From Octopus vulgaris (lineage: Eukaryota), in assembly GCA_951406725.2 (NCBI GenBank), contig OX597814.1, positions 27,652,001-27,716,000 of the forward strand: a stretch of DNA of 64,000 nt, read 5' to 3'. The first letter of the stretch is position 1; each line of letters begins with the position of its first letter. A model generated the notes under the pieces. That model was not told the origin of the DNA, made no database searches, and saw only the letters and a program-made list of their open reading frames with translations. A program made the translations under genes and the position numbers. Shown here in pieces: positions 1 through 12,088 of this stretch.

Positions 1-114
1 GAAGAAGAAGAAGAAGAAGAAGAAGAAGAAGAAAAGAAGAAGAAGAAGAAGAAGAAGAAGAAGAAGAAGAAGAGGAATTTAATAATAGGTATAATAATAA
101 ATGATATAATAATG

Positions 115-154
<40 letters not shown>

Positions 155-172
155 TAATAATAATAATGACAA
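1..172. repeat. (GAA)n followed by (TAA)n microsatellites
   Basis: Direct reading. Confidence 0.95.
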
Positions 173-470
173 CAGCAATAATTATATTGAGGTTGACTAT
201 GATACCATATACATACATGCATGCATACACACACACGCACACATACACATATACATACACATACACACACACACACGCACATATATATTTATGTATATTG
301 TCTTGAAAATCTAGTTATTCAACTAGAGAATCAACAATTCAAACTAACTCAAAGCTATTTACTTGCAGAATATATAGGATTTGTTCATAATTTTCTCGCG
401 AAAATTGATGAGGGATTTTAATCACCGAAATAAACTGTTTTGTGAAATAAAAGTAAAGAATTGATTACAC

Positions 471-592
<122 letters not shown>

Positions 593-679
593 GCATTGTT
601 CCATCATAATGAGAATTCATCATATAACCAAAATGTTTTCTGCTTAAAGTATCGTCAGTATTGCTCATCATCATCATCA

Positions 680-724
680 TCATAGGGGTGAGTTACAAAA
701 AAAAAAAACTTTTGAAATATATAA

Positions 725-758
<34 letters not shown>

Positions 759-953
759 CGACGACGACGATGATGATTTCGATGACGACGAGGATGACAA
801 CGAAGACGATGATAATCATCATCCTCGTCGTCGTCGTCGTCATCATCATCATCATCATCATCATCATCGTCGTCGTCATCATCATCATCATCATCATCCT
901 CGTCGTCGTCGTCGTCGTCATCATCATCATCATCATCATCATCGTCGTCGTCG

Positions 954-991
<38 letters not shown>

Positions 992-1079
992 GTCGTCGTC
1001 GTCGTCGTCATCATCATCATCATCATCATCATCATCGTCGTCATCATCATCATCATCATCATCATCGTCGTCGTCGTCG

Positions 1080-1156
<77 letters not shown>

Positions 1157-1224
1157 GTCGTCATCATCATCATCATCATCATCATCGTCGTCATCATCAT
1201 CATCATCGTCGTCATCATCACCAC
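680..1224 (+). repeat. Short LINE 3'-end remnant plus (GAT/GAC)n switching to (CAT/CGT)n; inverted copy of 29020-29441
   Basis: tcatag..gtgagttacaaaaaaaaa..cttttgaaa.atataaatgatgat and the interrupted-repeat pattern ..ttcgatgacgacga.gatgacaacga.gacgatgataatcatcatcctc match the minus strand of 29020-29441. Confidence 0.8.
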
Positions 1225-1644
1225 CGTTTCCATCTACAAGATTTATCGACTGAGCATTGGTCTGCGCGTCAATGAATCGAGTGTGCTCCATCGTTTAAAA
1301 GGTGAAAGTTGTTTCCGAAAGCGAGATATAACACCGATTGACATATTAAGTTCAAAATCAACCGGACCATATTAAGAATGAATATGTACATCATCGGTTT
1401 GAATTTCCATCTACATAGATTTATTGCCGAACTGGCAGCATTCGGTCTACGCGTCAATGAATTTCTTTGCTTATTTGTATAAATAAGAACGAGCACTATT
1501 GTTTAGATTTGTTGATCTGAAGGTAAGTTTGACTGAATAAACGCAATCTTGTCGAAACACCGGTGTCTCGTAGTATCCCTACGTCAATGGCTGTCGATAG
1601 ACATCATATGAAAGGAGGTGTTCTTCGAAGATGTCTAATAATGA

Positions 1645-2040
1645 GGCGCAGGAGTGGCTGTGTGGTAAGTAGCTTGCTAACCAACCACATGGTTCCGGGT
1701 TCAGTCCCACTGCGTGGCATCTTGGGCAAGTGTCTTCTGCTATAGCCCCGGGCCGATCAATGCCTTGTGAGTGGATTTGGTAGACGGAAACTGAAAGAAG
1801 CCTGTCGTATATATATATATGTATATGTATGTGTGTGTGTTTGTGTTTGTCCCCTAGCATTGCTTGACAACCGATGCTGGTGTGTTTACGTCCCCGTCAC
1901 TTAGCGGTTCGGCAAAAGAGACCGATAGAATAAGTACTGGGCTTACAAAGAATAAGTCCCGGGGTCGATTTGCTCGACTAAAGGCGGTGCTCCAGCATGG
2001 CCGCAGTCAAATGACTGAAACAAGTAAAAGAGAGTAAAAG
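1645..2040 (+). mobile_element. SINE family A (tRNA-derived head, internal TA/TG microsatellite, agtaaaag-repeat tail), full length
   Basis: A-box-like gtggctgtgtggt, B-box-like ggttcagtcc, CORE-like cttgggcaagtgtcttct, 3' hairpin cagtcaaatgactg; more than 12 homologous copies in the window. Confidence 0.9.
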
Positions 2041-2074
2041 AATGATAATAAGGATTTCTTTAAAACAACAACAA

Positions 2075-2260
2075 CGCTTGAAATTTTGTGGGAGGGCCTT
2101 GTCGATTACATCGACCAAAGTGTTCAATTAGTACAACCCCGAAAGGAAGAAAGTCAAAGCTGACATCGACGGAACTTGAACTCAGAACGTTAAGATGGAC
2201 GAAATGTCGCTAAGCATTTTGCACGGCGTACTAGCGATTCTGCCAGCTCACCGCCCTAAG
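2075..2260 (-). mobile_element. Diverged SINE family B copy
   Basis: Similarity to 19648-19870 (ttgaactcagaacg, ctgccagctcaccgcc). Confidence 0.7.
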
Positions 2261-2320
2261 AAGAAGAAGAAGATCACCACCAATAACAAGAATGCTTTCT
2301 TTATTTCTTTAATGCTTATC

Positions 2321-4110
2321 TTTTCTTTATTAGCCATAAGGGCTCGAAGAGACAAAAAATACGAAACTTCAACTCAGGATTATAAAGAAAAAAAAAGAGA
2401 AAAAGGTGAGTGGGAAAGACAAGTCTAAATATATGGAAGGAAAGTGGTGAAAGACATTCTACAATATACGGAAGGACGTATTAAGATTTTAAAAGTACGC
2501 ACATATATATTTGCACGGGAACAATAAAAATAACGAAGTACAATAGTTAAAACAATATAGTTATAAGGAAAGAAAACATAAATGGCTATGTTGATTTAAA
2601 GTACCCCACTGCCATTTTCGTTTAACAATTTCTAAATCATTTACGAGTGCAACCAAATCCACCGGTAAGCGTTTTTTGAGACATATTGTGCTGAAAAATT
2701 CCATCGTCTTTGAGGTTCTTTCTTTTAATTGCTGCGTAATGCCTTAATTTTAAGTTGCTAATAATCTCTCATTCTCCTGATGTTTATATTTTGAATCTAA
2801 ATTTTTTCCTTTTAACTTCTTTGGAAAGTTCATGCATAATATTTTCTATTGATTGTTTACTTGATTTTTGAAAAACGATGAGCCTTAGCTCTTCTTCATC
2901 CTCTTTTTTTTTTGTTATTTTCCTGAGGAAGGGTATTATTATTATTCCTCCTCACCCATTTTCATTGTTTTATGTTGAGTTGTGATTTTTTCTTTATGTT
3001 TTTTTTTCTATTTCCCTATCGTGTTTTCACCGATGGTTGTCAAGTTTTTATCTACAAATATTATTTCTTCTTCTTTACTACTTTCTTTACTACTTCTTTA
3101 CTACTGGTTGGCGGCACTATTAGGTGTTCATTTATTTTTAATACTGGGCATAAAAATACTTCACTTGCCATTTCTAGAGTTTTAGGTAACGGTTGTAAGG
3201 AAACGGAGGTTCTTTTTATCCTATTTGCTGTTTAGCTGATCTTCATTGTTCAAGATTTTTTTTTACTTAACTTTTGCAATTTCTTCTAAACATCGGCTCT
3301 GGAGTAATTTTTACGACAAATATAGTAACTAAGTTCTCTGCATCATATCCTGAATCTCATGCCCTTTGTCTCGGCGTATTCTCCTGAGCACAGTTCCGTT
3401 ATGGCTCTCTTGCCATCGAGGATCATGAAGTCGATCATTGCAAGTCGATTTTGATCCCCACTAACCTCAGATCAGTTCTCACTAATCATGCTTTCGAAAC
3501 TCTCCTATACTGCGATAAAATAGTGACTACAAGCCACGGATCTAAGTCGTTTCCCATGTCCTTTATCATCACTCTTGTATTTCTCTGACTCATGTGCTGG
3601 GGTACAAAATGTATAGTCGGAGGTATGTCAAAAAATTTCAGCTTGTGCCTCGGCTAAGTCTTCAGTTTTGAAGGTACAGCTAAATCTGCTATAACTTTTG
3701 TCTTTTTCAGTTGAGAGGATTTCTCCTAATATGTCCTAAAGTACTTCTTGCACTACTTGATGTGTGGGAAGATTTTGTCTAAATTTATCCCTCCGTAAAA
3801 AGGAGGACATAATTTTTCCCGTTGTCCTCTCTTGGATTAGCACCTGCAGCAAAGTAATGCTCGATTTTACAAAATTCTCTCAATTACTGCACATTTTTTC
3901 TAGTAACTGTGGTAGGTATAAGAATATTCTCATTTACAAAAGCATACTCAGAGTATACCTATTCAATTCCACCTTTCCTACCAATTCGTTGAATACACGA
4001 GAAGACAGCATTTCTTTCTCTACCTTCACTCTACTTTGCAAGTATTAATTAAAGAAGATGATGAGAGCTTGATAGGATAGAAAAATGCTTGTCTTCAAAC
4101 CTCTCGAATG
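2321..4110 (-). mobile_element. Decayed L1/Tx1-like ORF1-bearing element with no RT between ORF1 and the 3' end
   Basis: 3' terminus gagcccttatggctaataaagaaa shared with other LINE ends here; broken minus-strand peptide PPTIHFVPQHMSQRNTRVMIKDMGNDLDPWLVVTI resembles ORF1 of mollusc L1-clade elements (from memory); many stops. Confidence 0.45.
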
Positions 4111-4149
4111 TGTCTATCTCACAACCTTTTCTTAACATCCCCCAGGCAG

Positions 4150-5190
4150 AAGAATAGCCATCCTTCACATTCAATGAAAACTGGAGGATCGATTCACATT
4201 ATAGACTCGGTTGATAGCATGGATTTTAGTACACTCCACAGCAGTTGTTCGACACAAACTCACAAGTCAGTAATGCGCGAACACTGAAAAGTAGTGTGCT
4301 GGATGATTTCGTCTTCCTATGCACACCTCGAACAGGTTCGGCAGCTGGCAGTTCTGAAAGTCCTCCAAGACCAACATCCAAAGTTGTCCTCAGACTATTG
4401 TCGCTCATCCTCCTACTATCCTTTTACAGAATGCGGCACTTGTTTTCTTACCGACGATATTGTCCATCTGCCAGATGGTTGTGATTGCTACATTAGATTT
4501 CAAAACTACCAGCCTCGGTTTTCGCTTGACTCATGGTTGCAGTTGCTCAAAGAGCTGAGGAAAATCTGTCACACGAAGGGCAACCACTCTAGTTTGCGGC
4601 AGACGTCACCGTTGGTTATCAAGGACATGCCTCTCTAGTTGTCGATTTGCTAGTCCACAGATCTGCTTTGATTGATTATGTATTCCTGTAATTTCCTGAT
4701 ACTCCTCAAGTATGATATCGACTGCTTCTATATTCAAAGTGTTCGACATTATGACAGTGACATCTATTATATTCAGACATTGTTCTCCGTTCACCCGGTT
4801 TGAGAAGGATGCCCTCCAACTCTATTCTCCGTAGCAGTGGCTCCAGAACCAAAATATAGAGGAGTGAGGAATGGAGATATTCTTGTTGGACCGAGCGGTG
4901 AGCGTATATTTCAAGCTCGAACAAATGCCACTGTACATTGTGGTGATCCAACCTCTGAAGATGGGATCGAAACCGACCGCACTGAGGATGGTCTCTAAGT
5001 AACGATTGTCCACTCGGTCGAACAATTTGGATTATGTCCCCAACAAAATCTATATCTATTCTTGACTCACTCTATGATGTGAAGGTCATTGTGGATAGAT
5101 TTGTCTGGAATTGCACAAGATTGCATGTTTCCAACTGTACAGCCTATGACAAAAGCCAGCCTCTTGGCAAACATCTTTACCAAAATATAA
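4150..5190 (-). pseudogene. L1/Tx1-clade reverse transcriptase fragment, frameshifted
   Basis: FDRVDNRYLETILSAVGFDPIFRGWITTMYS (AFDRV motif), RSVQQEYLHSSLLYILVLEPLLRRIE (degenerate QGCPLSPLLY), DVTVIM..EYQEITG (YADD region) in ORFs 4822-5025, 4706-4951 and 4606-4794; outer ends approximate. Confidence 0.85.
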
Positions 5191-5196
5191 TGATAA

Positions 5197-5345
5197 TCCT
5201 TTCTCCTATGGTCACAAAGTATGACATTTTGGGGGAGGGGGCAAGTCGATTACATCGACCACAGTGCACAACTGGTGCTTATTTTTATAGACACCGAAAG
5301 AATGAAAAGCAACTTTAACCTTGACCGCATTTGAACTCAGAACAT
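5197..5345 (-). mobile_element. Partial SINE family B
   Basis: ggggagggggcaagtcgattacatcgacc..ttgaactcagaac. Confidence 0.65.
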
Positions 5346-5624
5346 AAGGAGTTCTGCATTGGATGTTCTAAATGCAATTCGACACTGAACGGCAACAGAT
5401 CATCAAGAGAACACATTTTTGCACTATGTTTGCACAAATTAAAGACATTCCTTCTGTGAATACATAGTGCAATATACAGTGTCCTCCTGTACAACTGTTG
5501 TGGTTCAGGATCCAGTTGCATTTGGAACAGCTACTACAGAGGATGTAAATAACGACAATGGTAAAACGTACGGCGGGAAGAAAAGATATAAACTACATCT
5601 CGGGTTTATTATACTTTTTCCTAT

Positions 5625-6277
5625 ATTCTTTTCTACTTTAGGCACAAGGCCCGAAATTTTGGGGGAGGGGGCTAGTCGATAAGATCGATCTCAGTACGCA
5701 ACTGGTACTTAATTTATCGACCTCGAAAAGATGATAAGCAAAGTCGACCTCGGCAGAATTTGAACTCAGAACATAAAGACAGACGAAATACCGCTAAGCA
5801 TTTCACCTGGCATACTAATGTTTCTTATTTCTTTATTGCCCACAAGGGGCTAGACATAGCGGAGACAAACAAGGACAGACAAAGGAATTAAGTCAATTAC
5901 ATCTGATCCCAGTACACAACTGGTACTTAATTTATCGACCCCGAAAGGATGAAAGGCAAAGTCGACCTCGGCGGAATTTGAACTCAGAATATAAAGACAG
6001 ACGAAATACCGCTAAGCATTTCACCTGGTATACTAATGTTTCTTATTTCTTTATTGCCCACAAGGGGCTAGACATAGCGGAGACAAACAAGGACAGACAA
6101 AGGAATTAAGTCAATTACATCTGATCCCAGTACACAACTGGTACTTAATTTATCGACCCCGAAAGGATGAAAGGCAAAGTCGACCTCGGCGGAATTTGAA
6201 CTCAGAACGTAACGCCAGACGAAATACCGGTAAGCATTTCGCCCGCTGTGCTAACGTTTCCACCAGCTCGCTGCCTT
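5625..6277 (-). mobile_element. Tandem array of SINE family B (Meta-domain-like), three units, period about 218 bp
   Basis: Repeated atttctttattgcc at 5827 and 6045; head ccagctcgctgcctt at 6263-6277; central gtcgactttgcctttcatcctttcggggtcgataaattaagtaccag resembles the MetaSINE/Sauria SINE core. Confidence 0.85.
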
Positions 6278-6504
6278 ATATTTTTTCCTACATTAACAAT
6301 ACAATCGTTAATAATGCTAATTACAGTAGTAATCACCCCAGATTGGATGATGATAGTCTACATGGAGCTCTGTACTCTCTTGTGGACGCTGTATATCTAA
6401 CTGTACAAACAAGATATACATATGTGTGTGTGTGTGTGTGTGTGCATAATACATAATATATGTATGTATGAATGTATTAATGTTTGTTTTTGTTTTCAGT
6501 TATA

Positions 6505-6719
6505 AAGGTTTCAAATTATGGCACAAAGCCAGCAATTTCTGGGAGGAGTAAGTCGATTACATCGACCCCAGTACTCAACTGGTACTTATTTCATCGACCC
6601 CCGAAAGGATGAAAAGCAGAATCGACCTCGGCGGAAGTTGAACTCAGAACATAGAGATAGAAAAAATACCGCTAAGCATTCTACCCGACGTGCTAACGAT
6701 TCAGCTAGCTCGCTGCCTT
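6505..6719 (-). mobile_element. SINE family B copy
   Basis: Homology to other B copies. Confidence 0.8.
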
Positions 6720-6791
6720 ATGTTCAGTTATAATAGAAACAATTTTACATTAATCTGGAAGGTTACTCTATACAGTTGTAAATTACAAATT

Positions 6792-6922
6792 TATTATTCT
6801 TATGCAAGAATGTTCCTGACTGACTTTGAAGAAGTTTCGGCCAACTAAGTCATCGTCGACGTTTGCTTAGCTGACCGAAGCTTCGAAATTCCTTTGAAGA
6901 ACATTCTTGTATAAGAATAATA
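6792..6922. mobile_element. Palindromic MITE-like element (about 130 bp)
   Basis: 24-bp terminal inverted repeat tattattcttatgcaagaatgttc / gaacattcttgtataagaataata (1 mismatch), inner imperfect IR, central cgtcgacg, TA at both ends. Confidence 0.7.
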
Positions 6923-6930
6923 TATATTAC

Positions 6931-7127
6931 GGAGATGTACTTGCATAGCAAGTGACCTGATCTGAGATCGTGTGCTGGAACGAAAACAATTGCAGCGTGG
7001 AAGGTGTTTCTAAGCCATTTAAGAAACACAAAAACCGTTAGATTCACTTCAACATTTAAATTTAATTTGTCGAAATATTTTCGTTCGCGACCTGTTCACT
7101 GACAAAATTCCGTGCTGCATCTGAAAT
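6931..7127 (-). mobile_element. Probable Penelope-like pseudo-LTR fragment with degenerate minimal hammerhead motif
   Basis: Minus strand UUUGUCA-GUGAACA-GGUCGCGAAC-GAA-AAUAUU-U-CGACAAA at 7066-7106; abuts (TA)n. Confidence 0.45.
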
Positions 7128-7301
7128 ATATATATATATGTATATGTATATCAATATATAGCAAGTATTAGGCTCCAGCCTCAGCTGTGACCAATTATAC
7201 CACTTACTCAGCGTACCTATTCGTTTAGATCACCAATGAACTAACCCCGCCCCCCTCTCTCTCTCTCCCTCCCTCTGTATATATATATATATATATATAT
7301 A

Positions 7302-7695
7302 CTCTTTTACTCTTTTACTTGTTTCAGTCATTTGACTGTGGCCATGCTGGAGCACCGCCCCCAGTCGAGCAAATCGACCCCGGGACTTGTAAGCCCAGTA
7401 CTTATTCTATCGGTCTCTTTTGTCGAACCGCTAAGTGACGGGGACGTAAACACACCAGCATTGGTTGTCAAGCAATGCTAGGGGGACAAACATAGGCACA
7501 CACACATACATATATATATACAAATACATATATACGACAGGCTTCTTTCAGTTTCCGTCTACCAAATCCACTCACAAGGCATTGGTCGGCCCGGGGCTAT
7601 AGCAGAAGACATTTGCCCAAGATGCCACGCAGTGGGACTGAACCCAGAACCATGTGGCTGGTTAGCAAGCTACTTACCACACAACCACTCCTGCG

Positions 7696-7697
<2 letters not shown>
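7302..7697 (-). mobile_element. SINE family A, full length
   Basis: Reverse complement of 1645-2040. Confidence 0.9.
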
Positions 7698-7739
<42 letters not shown>

Positions 7740-8806
7740 GAGTATATTTACTACACTTTAGCGATTATAATTGTATGCAATGAGTATTTTTCTCCTTTTC
7801 TTGTACTCTGTTTAGCTCTACTTTATCCTAAGCTCATTTTCTGACCCTAACCACTATAACAGCGGTGATCGCCACCTAATAAATTCCACCCACAGGCAGT
7901 ACCTTACTACCCACCCCTCTTTACAATCTATCTTAAACAATACCCACACCGCTCCTTTTCAGCAAAAACATTCTACGCCTCTTCTAATTATAGTAATCCC
8001 ACGTAAAAGACGAGCACGGCGATAGCAATAATTCCTATCCCCTCCCACTCCCTTTCCATATTTCATCCCCCATTTGTGTATCAGTGAGCAGAATATCAAT
8101 CACTTCTTCATTAACGTTATCTAAAATCTTTGATCTTTTGCATAAAAATAAAAGTAAAAGAAAACTAACAAGATTTAAGAAGTAGGTAGTTATTCCTTAT
8201 TTTGTGAGTATGCATGTGCATGAGTGCGTGTGTCTATGCGTGTGTGTATGTGTGCTTGTGTATGTGTGTGTGTGTGTATGTGTGTATATAGGCGTGTATG
8301 TGTGTATGTGTGTGTGTGTGTTTGTGTGTAGGAGGATATATATGAATGTACAAACGCACATGTACATATGAGTTGCATATTGTAAGAACCCATCCGTGTT
8401 TGTGTCTCTGTGTGTCTATACACACACACACACACATGCATATATATATATATATATACATGTATATATATGTGCATAAATATATAGTGTGTGCATATAT
8501 ATGTGCATGTATATATATGCATATAAATATCTTTGCATGTTTATATGAATATGCATAAAATATATTTGTATGTATACATATACGTATATGTTTGTGTATG
8601 CATGAGTGTGCATGTATAAGAATGTCTATGAGTGCATTTAATACGGTGCGTACTTAAGCACACATACACACACACACACACACACACCTAAATAGGGATG
8701 TTCATATCTATGTAGTTATGTTTTTAAATATATATTAATGAATAGTTGTATATTCATATATTGCATACAGGCATACATGCATGTGTGCATATACTTGTAC
8801 GTGTGT

Positions 8807-8855
<49 letters not shown>

Positions 8856-9516
8856 TGTGTGTGTGTGTGTGCGCACGTGCGTGTGTATGTGAATACGCAT
8901 ATTTACATTCTTATGTACCGGCATGTCTGAAGTTTTCAAGTAGATTTGATTTCTGCCGTTATAAGGAATTTAGCCATTACCACACGATAAAGAACGTCTT
9001 TCTCAGTTGATAACGAATATCATCAGCTCCACTGATAAAAGTAAATAGTTCCATTGAACTTTCGGGCATGAAAGAAATCAAATATTCATTTTTTGTTTTT
9101 GTTTTCTTGTATTCCAGTTCTTAGATTCGTTAAACAAACTCTAGTAAAACAAACATCTCCATTTTGTGAACGTCTTCGATATCTTTTGAAGAATATTCCA
9201 AACTGCAGTGGTATCTATCTTCAAACCCATGGTAATATCTGAAATAACTATTATCCAGTGAAAATTAAGGTTATTGTTCTTTAATACAGAGTTTTGCAAA
9301 TGTGTATTGCAGAATAAGACTCTGAACAGGTTTCGGCTCATTTATTCGATGCTTTTGTTGCTGTTATATAGCCCACCCCATGCCAGATCAGTCCTGATTA
9401 AGCAGAACTATGATCAAAAGCACTCCAGTCATGACCATCCATCTTAACTTCAGATATAGAAAAGTATAGTTCATAATGGAGTTCTTAGCTTTTCTTTTTA
9501 ATAATAGTTTTATATG

Positions 9517-9617
9517 CCACTGCGTGGCACCTTGGGCAAGTGTCTTCTACTATAGTCTCGGGCCGACCAAAGCCTTGTGAATGGATTTGGTAGACGGAAA
9601 CTGAAAGAAGCCCGTCG

Positions 9618-9692
<75 letters not shown>

Positions 9693-9709
9693 TTATGTAT
9701 GTGTGTGTG

Positions 9710-9763
<54 letters not shown>

Positions 9764-9960
9764 TGTGTGTTTGTGTGTCTGTCCCCCAACATCGCTTGAC
9801 AACCGATGCTGGTGTGTTTACGACCCCGTAATTTAGCGGTTCAGCAAAAAGAAACCGACAGAATAAGTACCAGGCTTACAAAGAATAAGTTGCTCGACTA
9901 AAGGCGGTGTTCCAGCATGGCCGCAGTCAAATGACTGAAACAAGCAAAAGAGTAAAAGAG
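9517..9960 (+). mobile_element. SINE family A, 5'-truncated, expanded internal (TA)n(TG)n
   Basis: Homology to 1645-2040 from ccactgcgtggc onward. Confidence 0.9.
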
Positions 9961-10459
9961 AGAGAGAGAGAGAGAGTATGACTTGAGGGAAATTTAACTT
10001 CTATTTATGCAAGTTGAACGACCATATATAGGCTTTGTCATTGGTTGTTCGATCTGGGAGGCCATGATCAAACAGTCCAACCGTGACCATCCCATCACTT
10101 TAGAATTATGGAGGGCGATGCTATCTAATGTGACCTTATTAAAGACAGTACGATGTGATTTGAGGTAGATTTAGCTGTTATTTATAGCAAATCGAGCTAT
10201 AAATAGTTTTCCCGGTTGTAGGAGTTTCCTCATTTGGTAAACCTTGAGATTAACTTTGGTGGAAACACAACTTGATCAAAATTCTTGGTTGACGAGATTT
10301 CATTTGTTGTTGTTGTTGCTGCTGCTTGGCTTTAAGACATCCCTAAGATCAAGTAGATGTATGGTCTAGTCATGCAAGTTGTGAGTTTTTTTTTTTTTTA
10401 ATAGGTGTAGGCAAGGCTGTAGTGGTAATAAGTTGGCTTTGCAATGATGAGGTTCTAGA

Positions 10460-11200
10460 TTAAAGGTAATTAAGTAGTTACAGAAAGAGATATGATGAAA
10501 AACATAGTCGTTGCTGGAAGGGTTCGGAGAGTGATAGAAGAAATAAATAATTTTAGAGGAGTGAAGAAGCGATTTTGAAAAGAGTAACTAGAAGTCTTTG
10601 TAGCTGATGCTTAGCTTACATAGGCGAATGGTGGCTCTGTATTTCGGAGTTGAGTAAAGATTGTAGCCAGTGTAGCAGAGCCAAACTACAGATAAGGGCC
10701 GAAAGATTTGTAGCTTAGAGAAGAATAGGATGTGCATCTGCGAAAGAAGTGACGGGGGTAGATATAGGTGGAGTACAATCTTTAGATGTGAGAAGAGGGA
10801 AGGTTATTCAGTGGGTTAAGTTTTAGCTTCTGGATTGAGCGCCGTGAGGTCAAGATGATATCCTAGGTAGATATAGGTGGAGTACAATCTTTAGATGTGA
10901 GAAGAGGGAAGATTATTCAGTGGGTTAAGTTTTAGCTTCTGGATTGAGCGCCGTGAGGTCAAGATGATATCCTAGGTAGATATAGGTGGAGTACAATCTT
11001 TAGATGTGAGAAGAGGGAAGGTTATTCAGTGGGTTAAGTTTTAGCTTCTGGATTGAGCGCCGTGAGGTCAAGATGATATCCTAGGTAGATATAGGTGGAG
11101 TACAATCTTTAGATGAGAAGAGGGAAGGTTATTCAGTGGGTTAAGTTTTAGCTTCTGTCTTGAGCGCCGTGAGGTCAAGATGATATCCTAAAGGGAGCCT
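10460..11200 (-). mobile_element. Highly decayed LINE RT C-terminal fragment (I/Jockey-like)
   Basis: Minus-strand peptides LGYHLDL and SYKSF..FGSA reminiscent of the LGV.LD and Y.S.IRP.LEYG motifs; weak. Confidence 0.35.
10757..11190. repeat. 109-bp minisatellite, 4 near-identical copies
   Basis: ggtagatataggtggag at 10757, 10866, 10975 and 11084. Confidence 0.95.
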
Positions 11201-11431
11201 GGTTCGTGTGCTTGCATTGAAGCGAACACCATTAAAAAAACTCATAGGCCAGAAAGAGGTAATTAACCGTGAGGCGTTATGCGCCTGCTCTCCCCTCAAA
11301 TAGAGGGACTTTAACGCCTTACGTAATACGACTGCATTAGACAAACAGTGATCCTGAGTCAGATAAGCAAGTGCATGCGCACACATGCAAACATATATAC
11401 GCATGTTTTAGCTACTATTATAAGGATCCAG

Positions 11432-11650
11432 TAAGGCGGTGTGCTGGTAGAATCGTTAGCACGCTGGGCAAAATGATTAGCGGCATTTCGTCCGTTGTTA
11501 GATTCTGAATTCAAATTTCGTCGAAGTCTACTTTGCCTTTCATCCTCCGGGGTCAATGAAATAAATATCAGTTGAACTCTCGGATCAATGTAATCGATTT
11601 ATACCTTCCCTCGAAATTATTGGCCTTGTATCAAAATTTGATACCAATAT
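11432..11650 (+). mobile_element. Diverged SINE family B
   Basis: aaggcggtgtgctggtagaatcgttagc head and tttgcctttcatcctccggggtc core. Confidence 0.75.
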
Positions 11651-12088
11651 TTGGATCCGGTGATTTTTCAATTATATAATATAGACTAAGGTACACGTAT
11701 ACTCCTATACATACACTCACGCACACAGACACCAAGATGTATATATATAATATACTCACAATCTTACATGTCTTCTAAGTAGTACGATCATAAGAGAATC
11801 AAACTGCGATTAATAGGAAGCATTGCCATAAACACTATTAAATGTTTCCAGAACTACTGTAGATGATCAGTCACGATCTTCGATAGATATTCAGACAATT
11901 CGTTTTTTTTTTCCCAATTTCAGTCATTTCATATATTGACAACTGTAACAACAGTGATAAAATGAATCATAATAGCAGGACGAATGCCGCGAGACTTTAA
12001 ACAGGATATTAAAGACAACGGCAATTGGAGGAGGAGGAGACACATGAAGTAGTGACAGTAACAAGTAATATCTTGAAGGTCGCTTAAA

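Noticed and set aside
655-1375. Long poly-D/H/M/I ORFs
   Set aside because: Stop-free translations of trinucleotide microsatellite; no splice or domain support
1515-1530. Perfect splice donor gaag|gtaagt
   Set aside because: No convincing upstream acceptor or coding frame; expected by chance in 64 kb
1645-1720. tRNA gene calls at SINE heads
   Set aside because: A/B boxes are present but run into SINE bodies; no complete cloverleaf
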